In this document: in pieces, positions 1-9,199 of the stretch | Layout of the letters: every line of letters begins with the position of its first letter | Position numbering within the stretch: the first letter of the stretch is position 1 | Source: Sinorhizobium meliloti | GTDB taxonomy: Bacteria > Pseudomonadota > Alphaproteobacteria > Rhizobiales > Rhizobiaceae | NCBI RefSeq assembly: GCF_017876815.1 | Contig: NZ_JAGIOS010000003.1 | Coordinates: 180,001 to 212,000, forward strand | DNA length: 32,000 nt | Direction of reading: 5' to 3' | Made by a program: the position numbers and the translations under genes | The notes under the pieces: generated by a model | What the model was told of the DNA's origin: nothing | The model's input: the letters and a program-made list of their open reading frames with translations, nothing else | The model's database searches: none

Positions 1-298
1 GTTCCAATTGACGTAAGTGCTGAAAGCGGGCCTCAAACCCCTTTGAGGTCGCCGAACTGCATCGCGTCTGGCCGTCCGCTAAGCATGAAAGCTTCGCTCA
101 ACCGACCCCGGCTTGAAGTCGTTGTCCCACGAACCGCTATTAACTGGAGCCGTTTTGTCTAGTATTGTATGTTTCCCCGGTTTTGTACGATTCGCCGGAA
201 ATCTCCACGCACTTTCTGGATATCGGCTGCTTTGCCGTTGACGCCGTTTAATTAAGCTGAGAATGGGGGTCAACTTAAACGTTGAATGGAGTGTGGCG

Positions 299-1294
299 AT
301 GAGGCTGTTTCGTTTCGCCGTACTGGCAGTCATAGCCCTTCATTGGGCAGACCGGCACGGCACTGTGTTCGCTGCCGAGAGTACTTCGTATCCCATCACC
401 ATCAAGCATGCCTTCGGCAACACCATCATCGCAAAGAAGCCGGAGCGTGTTGCAACTGTCGCCTGGGCGAACCATGAAGTGCCGCTGGCTCTTGGCATCG
501 TTCCGGTTGGAATGGCGCGCGCGAACTTCGGCGACGACGACGATGACGGCATTCTGCCATGGGTCGACGCACGGCTCGGTGAACTCAAGGCTGAAAAGCC
601 GATGCTTTTCGACGAGGGCGATGGTATCGATTTCGAGGCGGTCGCCGCCACGCGACCGGACGTCATCCTTGCGGCCTATTCGGGCCTCAGCCAGGCCGAC
701 TATGACACGTTGAGTGATATTGCACCTGTCATCGCCTATCCGCAGGCTCCCTGGTCGACCGACTGGCGCGAGACGATCCGGTTGAACAGCGCCGGCCTCG
801 GGATGGCCGCGGAAGGGGAAGGGCTTATAGCCAGCATCGAGGCTGAGATCGACCTTGCGCTTGATGGACATCCCGAACTCAAGGGCAAATCGGCGATGTT
901 CATTACCCATCTCAGCTCATGGGACCTCAGCGTCGTCAATTTCTACACGACGAACGATACGCGCGTCAGGTTTTTCGGCGATCTCGGGCTTATGTCGCCG
1001 AAAAGCGTGGTGCAGGCGTCACAAGCCGGAAGGTTCTCAGGTTCCGTCAGCGCCGAGCAGATCGATGCTTTCGACGATGTCGATATTCTCGTTACTTACG
1101 GAGACGGGATGCTTTTCGACGCTTTGAAAGCCAACGCGCTGATGATGCATATGCCCGCCGTCGCTCGAGAATCAATTGTCATGCTAGGCAACAACGCGGT
1201 CGGTAATGCCGCAAATCCCACGCCACTGTCCATCAGATGGGTCCTGAAGGACTACGTGAAGCTGCTCAGCGAGGCAGCCAAGAAGTCGCAATGA
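299..1294 (+). CDS. Iron-siderophore ABC transporter periplasmic substrate-binding protein (FhuD/FepB type)
   Basis: The ORF spans 263..1294. GGAG lies 8 nt upstream of ATG 299. The N-terminus is a signal peptide (MRLFRFAVLAVIALHWA...FAAE). The body has the siderophore/B12-type SBP pattern (ERVATVAWANHEVPLALGIVPVG, PDVILAAYSG). It is the first gene of an operon with FecCD permeases. Confidence 0.85.
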   Translation: MRLFRFAVLAVIALHWADRHGTVFAAESTSYPITIKHAFGNTIIAKKPERVATVAWANHEVPLALGIVPVGMARANFGDDDDDGILPWVDARLGELKAEKPMLFDEGDGIDFEAVAATRPDVILAAYSGLSQADYDTLSDIAPVIAYPQAPWSTDWRETIRLNSAGLGMAAEGEGLIASIEAEIDLALDGHPELKGKSAMFITHLSSWDLSVVNFYTTNDTRVRFFGDLGLMSPKSVVQASQAGRFSGSVSAEQIDAFDDVDILVTYGDGMLFDALKANALMMHMPAVARESIVMLGNNAVGNAANPTPLSIRWVLKDYVKLLSEAAKKSQ

Positions 1295-2337
1295 CCGCCG
1301 GGATTATCAAGACATCGGACGGGCGTTGGTCGCCCGTGTCCCGTTCCAACAGAATGCGAAGTCTTTGGCTTGCAGCGCTTTTCGCGCTCGTGATCGTCTT
1401 GCTTGCCGCCTCCGTTACGGTCGGCACGCGCAATGTCGGGTGGGACGATGTCGCCGCGGCAATGGGCGGTGCACAGAATAACATCGATCGCGCGTCGGTT
1501 GCTTTGCGCATTCCGCGGACCGTGTTGGCCCTGCTTGCCGGGGGCGCTCTCGGCTTGGCCGGAGCGATCATGCAAGGCGTGACACGCAATCCGCTTGCGG
1601 ATCCCGGCATTCTCGGCGTCAACATGGGGGCATCTCTCGCGGTCGTCGTCGGCGTCGCCTGGTTCGGGATGTCGTCGTTATATGCGTACATCTGGGTGGC
1701 GATCCTGGGTGCCGGATGCGCCGCGATCTTCGTCTACGCCATAGGTTCGCTGGGCAGAGGCGGCGCGACCCCTCTGAAAATGGCGCTCGCAGGGGCGGCA
1801 ACGTCGGTCGCATTTGCGTCCATGGTTATCGCCGTCGTGCTGCCGCGTGGCGATATTGCAGGCGGTATTCATTCCTGGCAGATCGGTGGTGTTGGCGGCG
1901 CGACTTACGAGCGGATCCTTCCCGTATTGCCGTTTCTGCTTGTAGGATTCGTGATCAGCCTGTTGTCGGCCAGAAAACTCAACTCTCTTGCACTCGGTGA
2001 CGAGCTGGCGACCGGGCTCGGCGAAAGCGTCGCAACCGCGCGCGCCGTTGCTTCCCTCGGCGCCATCCTTCTCTGCGGTGCGACGACCGCCATATGCGGG
2101 CCGATCGGCTTTCTCGGGCTGGTCGTACCACATCTCTGCCGCCTCTTGGTTGGCGTGGACCATCGGTGGCTGCTGCCTTTTTCGACGCTCGCAGGCGCGT
2201 GTCTCCTGCTCGCGGCGGACGTTCTCGGGCGAATCGTCGCGCGCCCCGCAGAGATCGACGTAGGCATCGTCACCGCGATGATCGGTGCGCCATTCTTCAT
2301 CTGGATCGTCCGGCGCCAGCGTGTGAGGGACCTGTGA
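1291..2337 (+). CDS. FecCD-family iron-siderophore ABC permease (FepD/FhuB-like)
   Basis: ATG 1291 overlaps the upstream stop (ATGA). The protein is polytopic and hydrophobic, with FecCD hallmarks (RNPLADPGILGVNMGASL, GPIGFLGLVVPH, TAMIGAPFFIWIV). Confidence 0.9.
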   Translation: MTAGIIKTSDGRWSPVSRSNRMRSLWLAALFALVIVLLAASVTVGTRNVGWDDVAAAMGGAQNNIDRASVALRIPRTVLALLAGGALGLAGAIMQGVTRNPLADPGILGVNMGASLAVVVGVAWFGMSSLYAYIWVAILGAGCAAIFVYAIGSLGRGGATPLKMALAGAATSVAFASMVIAVVLPRGDIAGGIHSWQIGGVGGATYERILPVLPFLLVGFVISLLSARKLNSLALGDELATGLGESVATARAVASLGAILLCGATTAICGPIGFLGLVVPHLCRLLVGVDHRWLLPFSTLAGACLLLAADVLGRIVARPAEIDVGIVTAMIGAPFFIWIVRRQRVRDL

Positions 2338-3371
2338 CAGCTCCCTCGTCCACTCTTGCTGTCGTGATCGCACACCGACGCAAAAGAGCGCGCAGGCACC
2401 ATGCCATTATCGCAACGTTGCTGACCCTTGTCGCAGTGACCTTCGGCGTCACCTTGTCGATTGGGCAATCCATCACGCCGCCGAGCGATGTTCTGCGTGT
2501 ACTCCTCGGTGAACCGGTTCCGGGCGCATCCTTCACGGTGGGGCAACTGAGATTGCCACGCGCCGTGCTGTCGATCCTGGCAGGCTTATGCTTTGGACTG
2601 GGCGGCGTGGCGTTTCAGGTCATGTTACGCAATCCGCTCGCCAGTCCCGATATCATCGGGATTACCTCCGGCGCTGGGGCGGCTGCCGTTTTCGCCATTG
2701 TAGTCCTGTCCATGACCGGTCCGATGGTTTCGGTTATCGCTGTTGTAGCGGGGCTTGGCGTGGCGCTGCTCGTCTATGCCCTTTCCTTCCGCAACGGGGT
2801 CGCCGGTACCAGGTTGATCCTTGTCGGTATCGGCGTTTCCGCGATGCTGCAGAGTGTTATCGCCTATATCCTTCAATCGGCGCCCGCCTGGAATTTGCAG
2901 GAAGCGATGCGTTGGCTTACTGGCAGCGTCAACGGCGCTCAGCTTGGCCAGGCGCTGCCGCTTCTGCTTGCCCTCATCTTCTTCGGGGGGCTACTGCTCG
3001 TTCGCGGTCGCGATCTCGAGACACTACGGCTGGGCGACGATACGGCGGCCGCTCTTGGAACGAGAGTCTCGAATACAAGGATGCTGGTGATTGTAGCGGC
3101 GGTCGGACTGATCGCATCGGCGACCGCGGCATCGGGACCGATCGCCTTCGTCGCTTTCCTGTCGGGACCTATCGCCGGCCGGATCGTACGAAACGATGGC
3201 TCGGTGCTGATCCCGTCTGCACTGACGGGCGCCGTTCTCGTGCTTGCCGCCGATTACGTCGGGCAGCACCTTCTGCCGAGCCGCTACCCTGTAGGCGTCG
3301 TAACCGGGGCGCTTGGCGCACCCTACCTGTTATACCTCATCGTTCGTATCAATCGGATCGGAGGGTCGTGA
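2334..3371 (+). CDS. FecCD-family iron-siderophore ABC permease (FepG-like second subunit)
   Basis: GTG 2334 overlaps the upstream TGA (GTGA). The sequence downstream of it is FecCD-like (LRNPLASPDIIGITSGAGAAAV, GPIAFVAFLSGPIA, GALGAPYLLYLIVR). The long in-frame N-terminal extension in the ORF track (2094) lies inside the previous gene. Confidence 0.85.
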   Translation: MTAPSSTLAVVIAHRRKRARRHHAIIATLLTLVAVTFGVTLSIGQSITPPSDVLRVLLGEPVPGASFTVGQLRLPRAVLSILAGLCFGLGGVAFQVMLRNPLASPDIIGITSGAGAAAVFAIVVLSMTGPMVSVIAVVAGLGVALLVYALSFRNGVAGTRLILVGIGVSAMLQSVIAYILQSAPAWNLQEAMRWLTGSVNGAQLGQALPLLLALIFFGGLLLVRGRDLETLRLGDDTAAALGTRVSNTRMLVIVAAVGLIASATAASGPIAFVAFLSGPIAGRIVRNDGSVLIPSALTGAVLVLAADYVGQHLLPSRYPVGVVTGALGAPYLLYLIVRINRIGGS

Positions 3372-4213
3372 TGACCGACCATCTGCTCGTCGCCAGCGGA
3401 TTGACGGCCGGTTATGACAAAACCGAAATCCTGCATGCGCTCGACCTCACCATTCCCCCGCGCAAAATCACGGTGATCGTCGGCGCCAATGCCTGTGGCA
3501 AGTCCACGTTTCTCCGCACGCTCTCGCGGTTAATCGCGCCCAGCAAGGGGCAAGTTCTCCTCGACGGCAAATCCATCCACCGGACACCCTCGCGAGATCT
3601 CGCCCGGACGCTGGGTCTGTTGCCGCAATCGCCGATCGCGCCGGAAGGCATCACAGTGGTCGACCTCGTCAGCAGGGGACGGCATCCGCATCAAAGCCTG
3701 TTTTCCGGCTGGACGCGACGGGACGACGAGGCGGTCGACAGTGCGCTTAGGGCGACAAAGACATTCGACCTTGCCGATCGGCCGATCGACGAGCTCTCCG
3801 GCGGCCAGCGGCAGCGGGTCTGGATCGCCATGGCACTCGCCCAGCAAACCGACATCCTGCTGCTCGACGAGCCGACGAGCTTTCTCGACATCAACCATCA
3901 GATCGAGGTGCTCGATCTCCTGACCGATCTCAACAGCGCGCGTCGAACTACGGTCGTCATGGTGCTGCACGATCTCAACCTTGCTGCCCGCTACGCCGAC
4001 CATCTCGTGGCGATTGCCGGTGGGCGCGTGCACATTTCGGGCACTCCGGAAGAGGTGCTCACCGAAGAGACCGTGCGGCATGTTTTCGGCCTTGATAGTC
4101 GCGTCATCAGCGATCCCACGTCGGGTCGGCCAATCATGCTACCGATCGGGCGACACCGGATGGCCGTCATCGACGACATGGGCGATGCACCACAAAAGGA
4201 GAGGAGCGCATGA
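3371..4213 (+). CDS. Iron-siderophore ABC transporter ATP-binding protein (FepC/FhuC-like)
   Basis: ATG 3371 overlaps the upstream stop. The protein has Walker A (GANACGKST), the ABC signature (LSGGQRQR) and Walker B (ILLLDEPT). The 2588 start in the ORF track is an out-of-context extension across the permease gene. Confidence 0.9.
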   Translation: MTDHLLVASGLTAGYDKTEILHALDLTIPPRKITVIVGANACGKSTFLRTLSRLIAPSKGQVLLDGKSIHRTPSRDLARTLGLLPQSPIAPEGITVVDLVSRGRHPHQSLFSGWTRRDDEAVDSALRATKTFDLADRPIDELSGGQRQRVWIAMALAQQTDILLLDEPTSFLDINHQIEVLDLLTDLNSARRTTVVMVLHDLNLAARYADHLVAIAGGRVHISGTPEEVLTEETVRHVFGLDSRVISDPTSGRPIMLPIGRHRMAVIDDMGDAPQKERSA

Positions 4214-5280
4214 ACGCAGTTCATTCATTCAAGCTGTCCGGCGTAGCGGTCCCCGGTAGTGCCGCTGACATGCTCGACGAGATCTGCGAGCATTTTGTCG
4301 AACATGCCAAGGTCGAACGGAGAGACGACCTGGCGGTGCTGCAGAGCGAGCTAGGTGTCGCGCGCATCAGCATCGAAAACGGGCGCTTGTTGATCGAGCT
4401 CGACTGCCCGACGCGTGAAAAGCTGCACATGAGCCGCACGATCCTGGCGGAACATCTTTTCTATTTTGCCGAAGGCCAGCCTTTCGAATTGACCTGGTCG
4501 GAACCGACGTCCTTGTCGGTGCTCCCGAGCCTTCATGAGGTGACAGTCGTCTCGGCGCACGACGTCACTCCGCACATGCGTCGCGTGATCTTTTCCTGCG
4601 TCGACGTAACGCCCTTTGTGGGTAGCGACATGCATGTCCGACTGCTGGTGCCGCCGAAGGGCAAGCCGCCGGTCTGGCCCGGCTACCGGGAAGACGGCCG
4701 CATCGCCTGGCCGGAAGGCGAGAACGAGCTTCTGGTTCGTGTCTATACCATCCGCGCCGTCGATTTGGATCGGAGCGAGTTGTGCATCGATTTCTTGCAG
4801 CATCCCGCTCCTGGCGTACCGACTCCGGGTGCAGACTTTGCGCGCGATGCGCAGCCCGGAGACGTGGCCGCCCTGCTAGGGCCAGGCGCAGGCGGTCTGC
4901 CAGCGGAGCGATCCATTTTACTAATCGGCGACGAGAGCGCTCTACCAGCCATAGCACGTATCGCGGCCGAAGCTCCGGCTGAAACGCATATACGTGCCAT
5001 CATCGAGGTTGAGGACAAGGCGGAAGAGCAACCACTTCTGACTGATGGCGTGCTCGACGTGCGTTGGTTGCACAGGGGGAGCTACCCGGGAGATGCTGCC
5101 GATATTCTCGTGTCCGAGGCGAAAGCAGCGATATCGGCCGTCGATGACGAGACGTTTGTTTGGGTTGCGTGCGAAAGAACAGACATACGAGCTATCAGGA
5201 CCTTCCTCAAAGCTCGGCAACATGATCGCAGGAAGATGTATGTCGCTTGGTACTGGGAAAGAGACGTGAAAATCGCATGA
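4210..5280 (+). CDS. DUF2218-like N-terminal domain fused to a siderophore-interacting FAD-binding reductase (SIP/ViuB family)
   Basis: There is an ATGA overlap with the ATPase stop and an AGGAGAGGAG Shine-Dalgarno (SD) sequence. The N-terminal ~100 aa (EICEHFVEHAKVERRDDLAVL...LLIELDCPT...) looks like DUF2218. The remainder has SIP features (HEVTVVSAHDVTPHMRRVIF, the RVYTIR FAD motif, and the C-terminal NAD-binding-like LLIGDESALPAI). Confidence 0.8.
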   Translation: MNAVHSFKLSGVAVPGSAADMLDEICEHFVEHAKVERRDDLAVLQSELGVARISIENGRLLIELDCPTREKLHMSRTILAEHLFYFAEGQPFELTWSEPTSLSVLPSLHEVTVVSAHDVTPHMRRVIFSCVDVTPFVGSDMHVRLLVPPKGKPPVWPGYREDGRIAWPEGENELLVRVYTIRAVDLDRSELCIDFLQHPAPGVPTPGADFARDAQPGDVAALLGPGAGGLPAERSILLIGDESALPAIARIAAEAPAETHIRAIIEVEDKAEEQPLLTDGVLDVRWLHRGSYPGDAADILVSEAKAAISAVDDETFVWVACERTDIRAIRTFLKARQHDRRKMYVAWYWERDVKIA

Positions 5281-5747
5281 TGTATGACCAGAAAGGCGAA
5301 CACCTGCGTCGTCGAGATTCCGAGCCACTTCGTCACTCATCTCGCTATCTCGACTTGTCCGATTGTATGATCGTCGACGGAACGATGGGCTCCAGCTTAG
5401 CCTTGCTTGGCTCAGTTCAAGCGGTTGAGTGAGCCAAATGAGATCACAGCATTTCAAAGAGCTATGGCGATCACTTTGTCGGTTTGGCGCAGATTTTGCT
5501 CATGATTCGTGGATAAGCTTCTGTTTGCGCCAAACTAAGAGAGTCTGTTGCGTGTATCACTAGCTCGTAGGAGTGTTTGAAATCAGTATGTCCTGCCGAA
5601 CGGTGCCCTGAAGGCCTACCTTTAAGGCTTGGCTACCGAGAAGCGTGGCCGCGGAGACGTTTCCCGAATTGTTCTTTATACTTGGGTAGTCCGTACAGGG
5701 CCTCTCCAATGGGCGTTGCGCAGGGTGAAAGCCGCGGCTCAAATCGG

Positions 5748-6806
5748 CTATCCTCTGTACCAGAGAAGGCCGACCACGATGAAGGCCGCAAGAAATGCGG
5801 TTGCCAGCAATGCGAGCGTGACATGTGACGGTCTGATGCTAGCGAACTCCTTTACGGACGTTTTCAAGCCGGCGGCTCCCAGCGCAATTAGAAGTAACCA
5901 ACGCGAAAGATCGTTGGCGACGTCGCCTGCTGCCGCCGGCAGAAATCCCATCGATTTGAGGGCCGCGAGGAATGCAAATCCCAGGACGAAACCGGGTATC
6001 ACCTGGCCCAATTTTTGTGGCTTCTGACCGGCGCCTGCTCCCAACACTGTGACCATGATCAATACGGCAATTATCGTTGGCGCAAGCAGGCTTACGCGAA
6101 CAATCTTGACGAGTGTCGCAATCTGACCAGTCTCCTCCGACATTGCGAAGCCGGCACCTACGACCTGAGCAACATCGTGGATCGTTCCACCGATGAACAC
6201 GCCGGACTCTTTAGCGTCGAATTGCAGATGGGACGCGAGCACCGGATAGAGCACCATCGCTGATGTCGACAGGAGTGTTATTGCCACAATCGTCAAGGCG
6301 AGATCCCGGTCGCTGTTCTGTCGCGGAGGAAGAACGGCATTTAAAGCTACAGCCGCTGAAGCTCCGCAGATGGCGACGGCTCCTCCCGTTAGCAGTGACA
6401 GTCGCCAATCCATGCCGGCGAACTTACCGACAATAATGGCGAACAAGATTGTGCAAGCAAGCGCGGTAGTAACCAGGCAGAGCAGGCTAACGCCCAGGTC
6501 GCTCAATACCTCCAACGACACCCGTGCACCCAACAGTGCCACGCCGAAACGAAGCACAGCGCGGCTGGCAAAATGGATGCCTGGAACGGTCCTGGCACCG
6601 CTTTCCGACAAAAAGTTGAGAGACATGCCCAACAGAAGCGCCATCAAGGTCGCCGGAGCCCCATAGTGCTCGGAAAGAAATTGAGCCGAGATTGCGATCA
6701 ACACTGCCACGGCAAGGCCGGGAAAATACGATACTACGCGTGTCCTTAAGTTCTGGGTTGGGCGAGGGATATCGCTCGTGGCGACTTGTTCAGTTCGATC
6801 GCTCAC
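5748..6806 (-). CDS. YeiH/UPF0324-family inner-membrane protein (putative sulfate exporter family transporter)
   Basis: The protein is 352 aa and polytopic throughout. It starts at a GTG with AAGGG upstream. It is divergent from a LysR regulator, as in the E. coli yeiE-yeiH arrangement. Confidence 0.8.
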   Translation of the reverse strand: MSDRTEQVATSDIPRPTQNLRTRVVSYFPGLAVAVLIAISAQFLSEHYGAPATLMALLLGMSLNFLSESGARTVPGIHFASRAVLRFGVALLGARVSLEVLSDLGVSLLCLVTTALACTILFAIIVGKFAGMDWRLSLLTGGAVAICGASAAVALNAVLPPRQNSDRDLALTIVAITLLSTSAMVLYPVLASHLQFDAKESGVFIGGTIHDVAQVVGAGFAMSEETGQIATLVKIVRVSLLAPTIIAVLIMVTVLGAGAGQKPQKLGQVIPGFVLGFAFLAALKSMGFLPAAAGDVANDLSRWLLLIALGAAGLKTSVKEFASIRPSHVTLALLATAFLAAFIVVGLLWYRG

Positions 6807-6990
6807 GGCTCAACCCTTAGCTCGGGCACTAACGGTGTCGTTCTCGCTGAAGGCCGGGAGTCTGAAATTGTGGCAGTCAGGCTCGACGCTGAACATTATT
6901 TTCTCCCGAGACGTGTGGGTCGGAACTCGAAGCGACCCCGAGATGACAACATTTCTTTGATGTGATAAACGCGCTCAAAAGCAGATATTA

Positions 6991-7005
6991 ATCGCCATTT
7001 GCGAT
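6991..7005. promoter_or_regulatory. Perfect dyad ATCGC-N5-GCGAT (contains T-N11-A) in the yeiH/LysR divergent region; candidate LysR-type regulator (LTTR) box
   Basis: The sequence atcgccatttgcgat was read directly. It sits 6 nt upstream of the LysR ATG at 7011. Confidence 0.3.
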
Positions 7006-7010
7006 CGAAG

Positions 7011-7892
7011 ATGAATCTGGACCTGATCGACACTTTCCTTGACCTACTCGAGACCGGCAATTTCAATCGAACTGCCGAGCGGCTGGAAACGACGCAGTCC
7101 ACCATCAGCGGGCGCGTCAAGGCGCTCGAGCAAGCTGTCGGGGCGAAGCTTTTTCAGCGCGGGCGGGCCGGAGCGATCCCGACGCCGTCCGGGCTTCGAT
7201 TTGAGCAGCATGCGCGGTCTCTGAAGGCTGGCTGGGCCCATGCCCGCCGGGATATTGGCGGGCTGGAGCGCTACGAAGGCTCGCTACGGGTCTCCGGACA
7301 GTTCAGCTTGTTGCGCACGCTCTTCCTGGACTGGATCGGCGAGCTGCACGCAACCAACAAGCGCGTCGCGCTGCACCTCGAGGCGGACTATTCGACGCAA
7401 ATCATCTCTGATCTGGCCAATGGCGCAATCGACATTGGAGTCGTGTTCGCTCCGAAATTCCTTCCTGACCTCAGCATCGAGGAGATTGGTGCCCAGAGGC
7501 TGGTGATGGTATCCACCGAATTCGCGAACGTGGGCAATGTCACCGCCGACCGGTATATTCGCGCATCCTACACGGCTTACATTGAGCGTGCTCACGCCGA
7601 GCTCCTGCCCCATCTCGCCCATCCGGCTCTGACCGTGGGCTATGAGGAATTGGCCGTTGGCATTATGAAACGTTTCGGAGGCACAACCTACCTTCCGGAG
7701 CATGCCCTCGATTATCTCGCAAGTTCCGGTGTTTCGGCCAAAGTCGTTGAGGACGCTCCCGACATTCACCAGCCAGTTTATGTGGCGACGCAGAGGCGTC
7801 GCAAACACGATCCGTTAGTGCACCGTGCAATTCTTGCGCTGAAAAGCGTTGCAGATCGCCATTTTAAGATTTCGAAGGTGAAGGATGCCTGA
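7011..7892 (+). CDS. LysR-family transcriptional regulator (YeiE-like by context)
   Basis: The N-terminal winged helix-turn-helix (HTH) reads MNLDLIDTFLDLLETGNFNRTAERLETTQSTISGRVKALE, followed by an LTTR effector domain. The ORF-track start at 6999 is a TTG, and ATG 7011 is preferred. Confidence 0.85.
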   Translation: MNLDLIDTFLDLLETGNFNRTAERLETTQSTISGRVKALEQAVGAKLFQRGRAGAIPTPSGLRFEQHARSLKAGWAHARRDIGGLERYEGSLRVSGQFSLLRTLFLDWIGELHATNKRVALHLEADYSTQIISDLANGAIDIGVVFAPKFLPDLSIEEIGAQRLVMVSTEFANVGNVTADRYIRASYTAYIERAHAELLPHLAHPALTVGYEELAVGIMKRFGGTTYLPEHALDYLASSGVSAKVVEDAPDIHQPVYVATQRRRKHDPLVHRAILALKSVADRHFKISKVKDA

Positions 7893-7935
7893 GGGCCGGC
7901 CTCGGATCTTCAATCGATCCCACAGGCGTCCGTTC

Positions 7936-9000
7936 TCATGCGTCGATGGATACGGAGCCCATTGGGCGGCTGCAGCAGGCGAGGACAAATCCCTCTGACC
8001 TCTCGCACGCCGACAGTCCGCCAAGATCCTGCATGTCCACCATTCCCTGTGTCAATTTCACCTTGCAGCTTCCACAAACTCCCTGGTGACAGGAACTCTC
8101 AATCCAGATGCCAGAGTTCAGTGCTGCTTCCAAGATTGTTTCCCCTGGCGCGCAGGTTCCGTGTTTGCCAGAGAGTGAAAAGTATACCTCGTCACCTAAC
8201 TTGTCCGGTTCTTCGATCGGAATCCTCTCGCCGAAGCTCTCCTCGTATACTGCCCGGATCGGCACCTCTGCCGCCATGGCGCGAGCGGCTTTCATAAAGC
8301 CCTCCGGTCCGCACATGAAAATCTCGCGTTGCGGAAGGTCCGGAACAAGCGACTGCATTAAAGAGGCACTTATCGTTCCCATCCTCCCACGGAAGCAAGT
8401 TTCTTCGCCGGTTTCGCCCACCACCATATGAACCTTGATGTTGGAAAAACGCCTGGCGATGAATTCGAGCTGATCTCGAAAAATAATGTCCTTCGGGGTA
8501 CGTGCGAAATGGACGAACTCGACGTCGACCTGATCGACGACGTCGGTGATGTATTGCAGCATCGACATTACCGGTGTCACGCCCGAGCCGCCGGAGAGTA
8601 AAAGCGGCTTCCGGGAGGGAATGTCAAAATAGTTGAAGCGGCCGGCTATGTCGGCAATTTCGACGGACATACGGGGGCGCATGTGGTCGTTCAGCCAGTT
8701 AGACACCAGCCCGCCAGGCACGCGCTTGACGGTAATCTGGACGTTGTGAGGACGGGTGGGCGTTGAACAGATGGAATAGGCGCGGGGGCAGAGCTTACCT
8801 TCGATCTCGAATTTGAAGCTGATATATTGCCCGGGTTTGAAATCGAAGCTCCTGCTCTGGCTGTCTTCAAACACGAACGTTTTGCTATCATGCGTCTCGT
8901 CGATCACGGCTTTGCATACCAATGTTGCCGGACCTCCGCGGTAGCATGGTTGCTGGTTGGCTGCGGAAAGGGAGAAGGGAAAGCTTGCTTCCATAAGCAT
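7936..9000 (-). CDS. FNR-like FAD/NAD(P)-binding oxidoreductase with C-terminal plant-type 2Fe-2S ferredoxin domain (GbcB/CntB-type 'hybrid-cluster' reductase)
   Basis: It has the flavin motif RAYSICS, the motif VKRVPGGLVSNWL, the NAD motif LLLSGGSGVTPVMSM, and the C-terminal cluster motif CHQGVCGSCKV...ACC. ATG 9000 has GAGG 8 nt upstream. The GTG at 9009 is the maximal ORF. Confidence 0.85.
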   Translation of the reverse strand: MLMEASFPFSLSAANQQPCYRGGPATLVCKAVIDETHDSKTFVFEDSQSRSFDFKPGQYISFKFEIEGKLCPRAYSICSTPTRPHNVQITVKRVPGGLVSNWLNDHMRPRMSVEIADIAGRFNYFDIPSRKPLLLSGGSGVTPVMSMLQYITDVVDQVDVEFVHFARTPKDIIFRDQLEFIARRFSNIKVHMVVGETGEETCFRGRMGTISASLMQSLVPDLPQREIFMCGPEGFMKAARAMAAEVPIRAVYEESFGERIPIEEPDKLGDEVYFSLSGKHGTCAPGETILEAALNSGIWIESSCHQGVCGSCKVKLTQGMVDMQDLGGLSACERSEGFVLACCSRPMGSVSIDA

Positions 9001-9199
9001 AAAGGGCACCTCTGACTCTGTGCCACAGTTATATCAAGCTCCGCAAAGTGGATTGAGCGGGGCAAAACCCTCTTTTCAATCGTAAAATGCGATCATTAGG
9101 GGGTTAATTGCGCCACAGGCCGGGCAAACGTGCCCCAGGCACTGACCGCGTCGACATCATAATGAAATACGACTGCCCGGAAAGAAGCGCCAGGTCGTC

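Noticed and set aside
21-48. TGA-N9-TCA (21-35, RirA IRO-like spacing) and hairpin CCTCAAA-cccc-TTTGAGG (31-48) upstream of the siderophore operon
   Set aside because: The IRO-like motif carries very little information and lies ~265 nt upstream of the start codon. The hairpin has no U-tract. Neither can be supported as a regulatory site from sequence alone.
79-333. 84-aa minus-strand ORF at the left edge
   Set aside because: It overlaps the promoter and 5' end of the SBP gene and has no SD or recognisable domain, so it is probably spurious.
2094-3370. Long in-frame N-terminal extensions of the second permease (from 2094) and of the ATPase (from 2588) in the ORF track
   Set aside because: The extensions lie inside the preceding genes and translate to Arg-rich nonsense. 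The overlapping stop/start junctions (GTGA at 2334, ATG at 3371) give family-typical N-termini.
7893-7935. GAGGGCCGGCCTC element between the convergent LysR and reductase genes, considered as a bidirectional terminator
   Set aside because: Only a 4-bp stem can form and there are no flanking T/A tracts.
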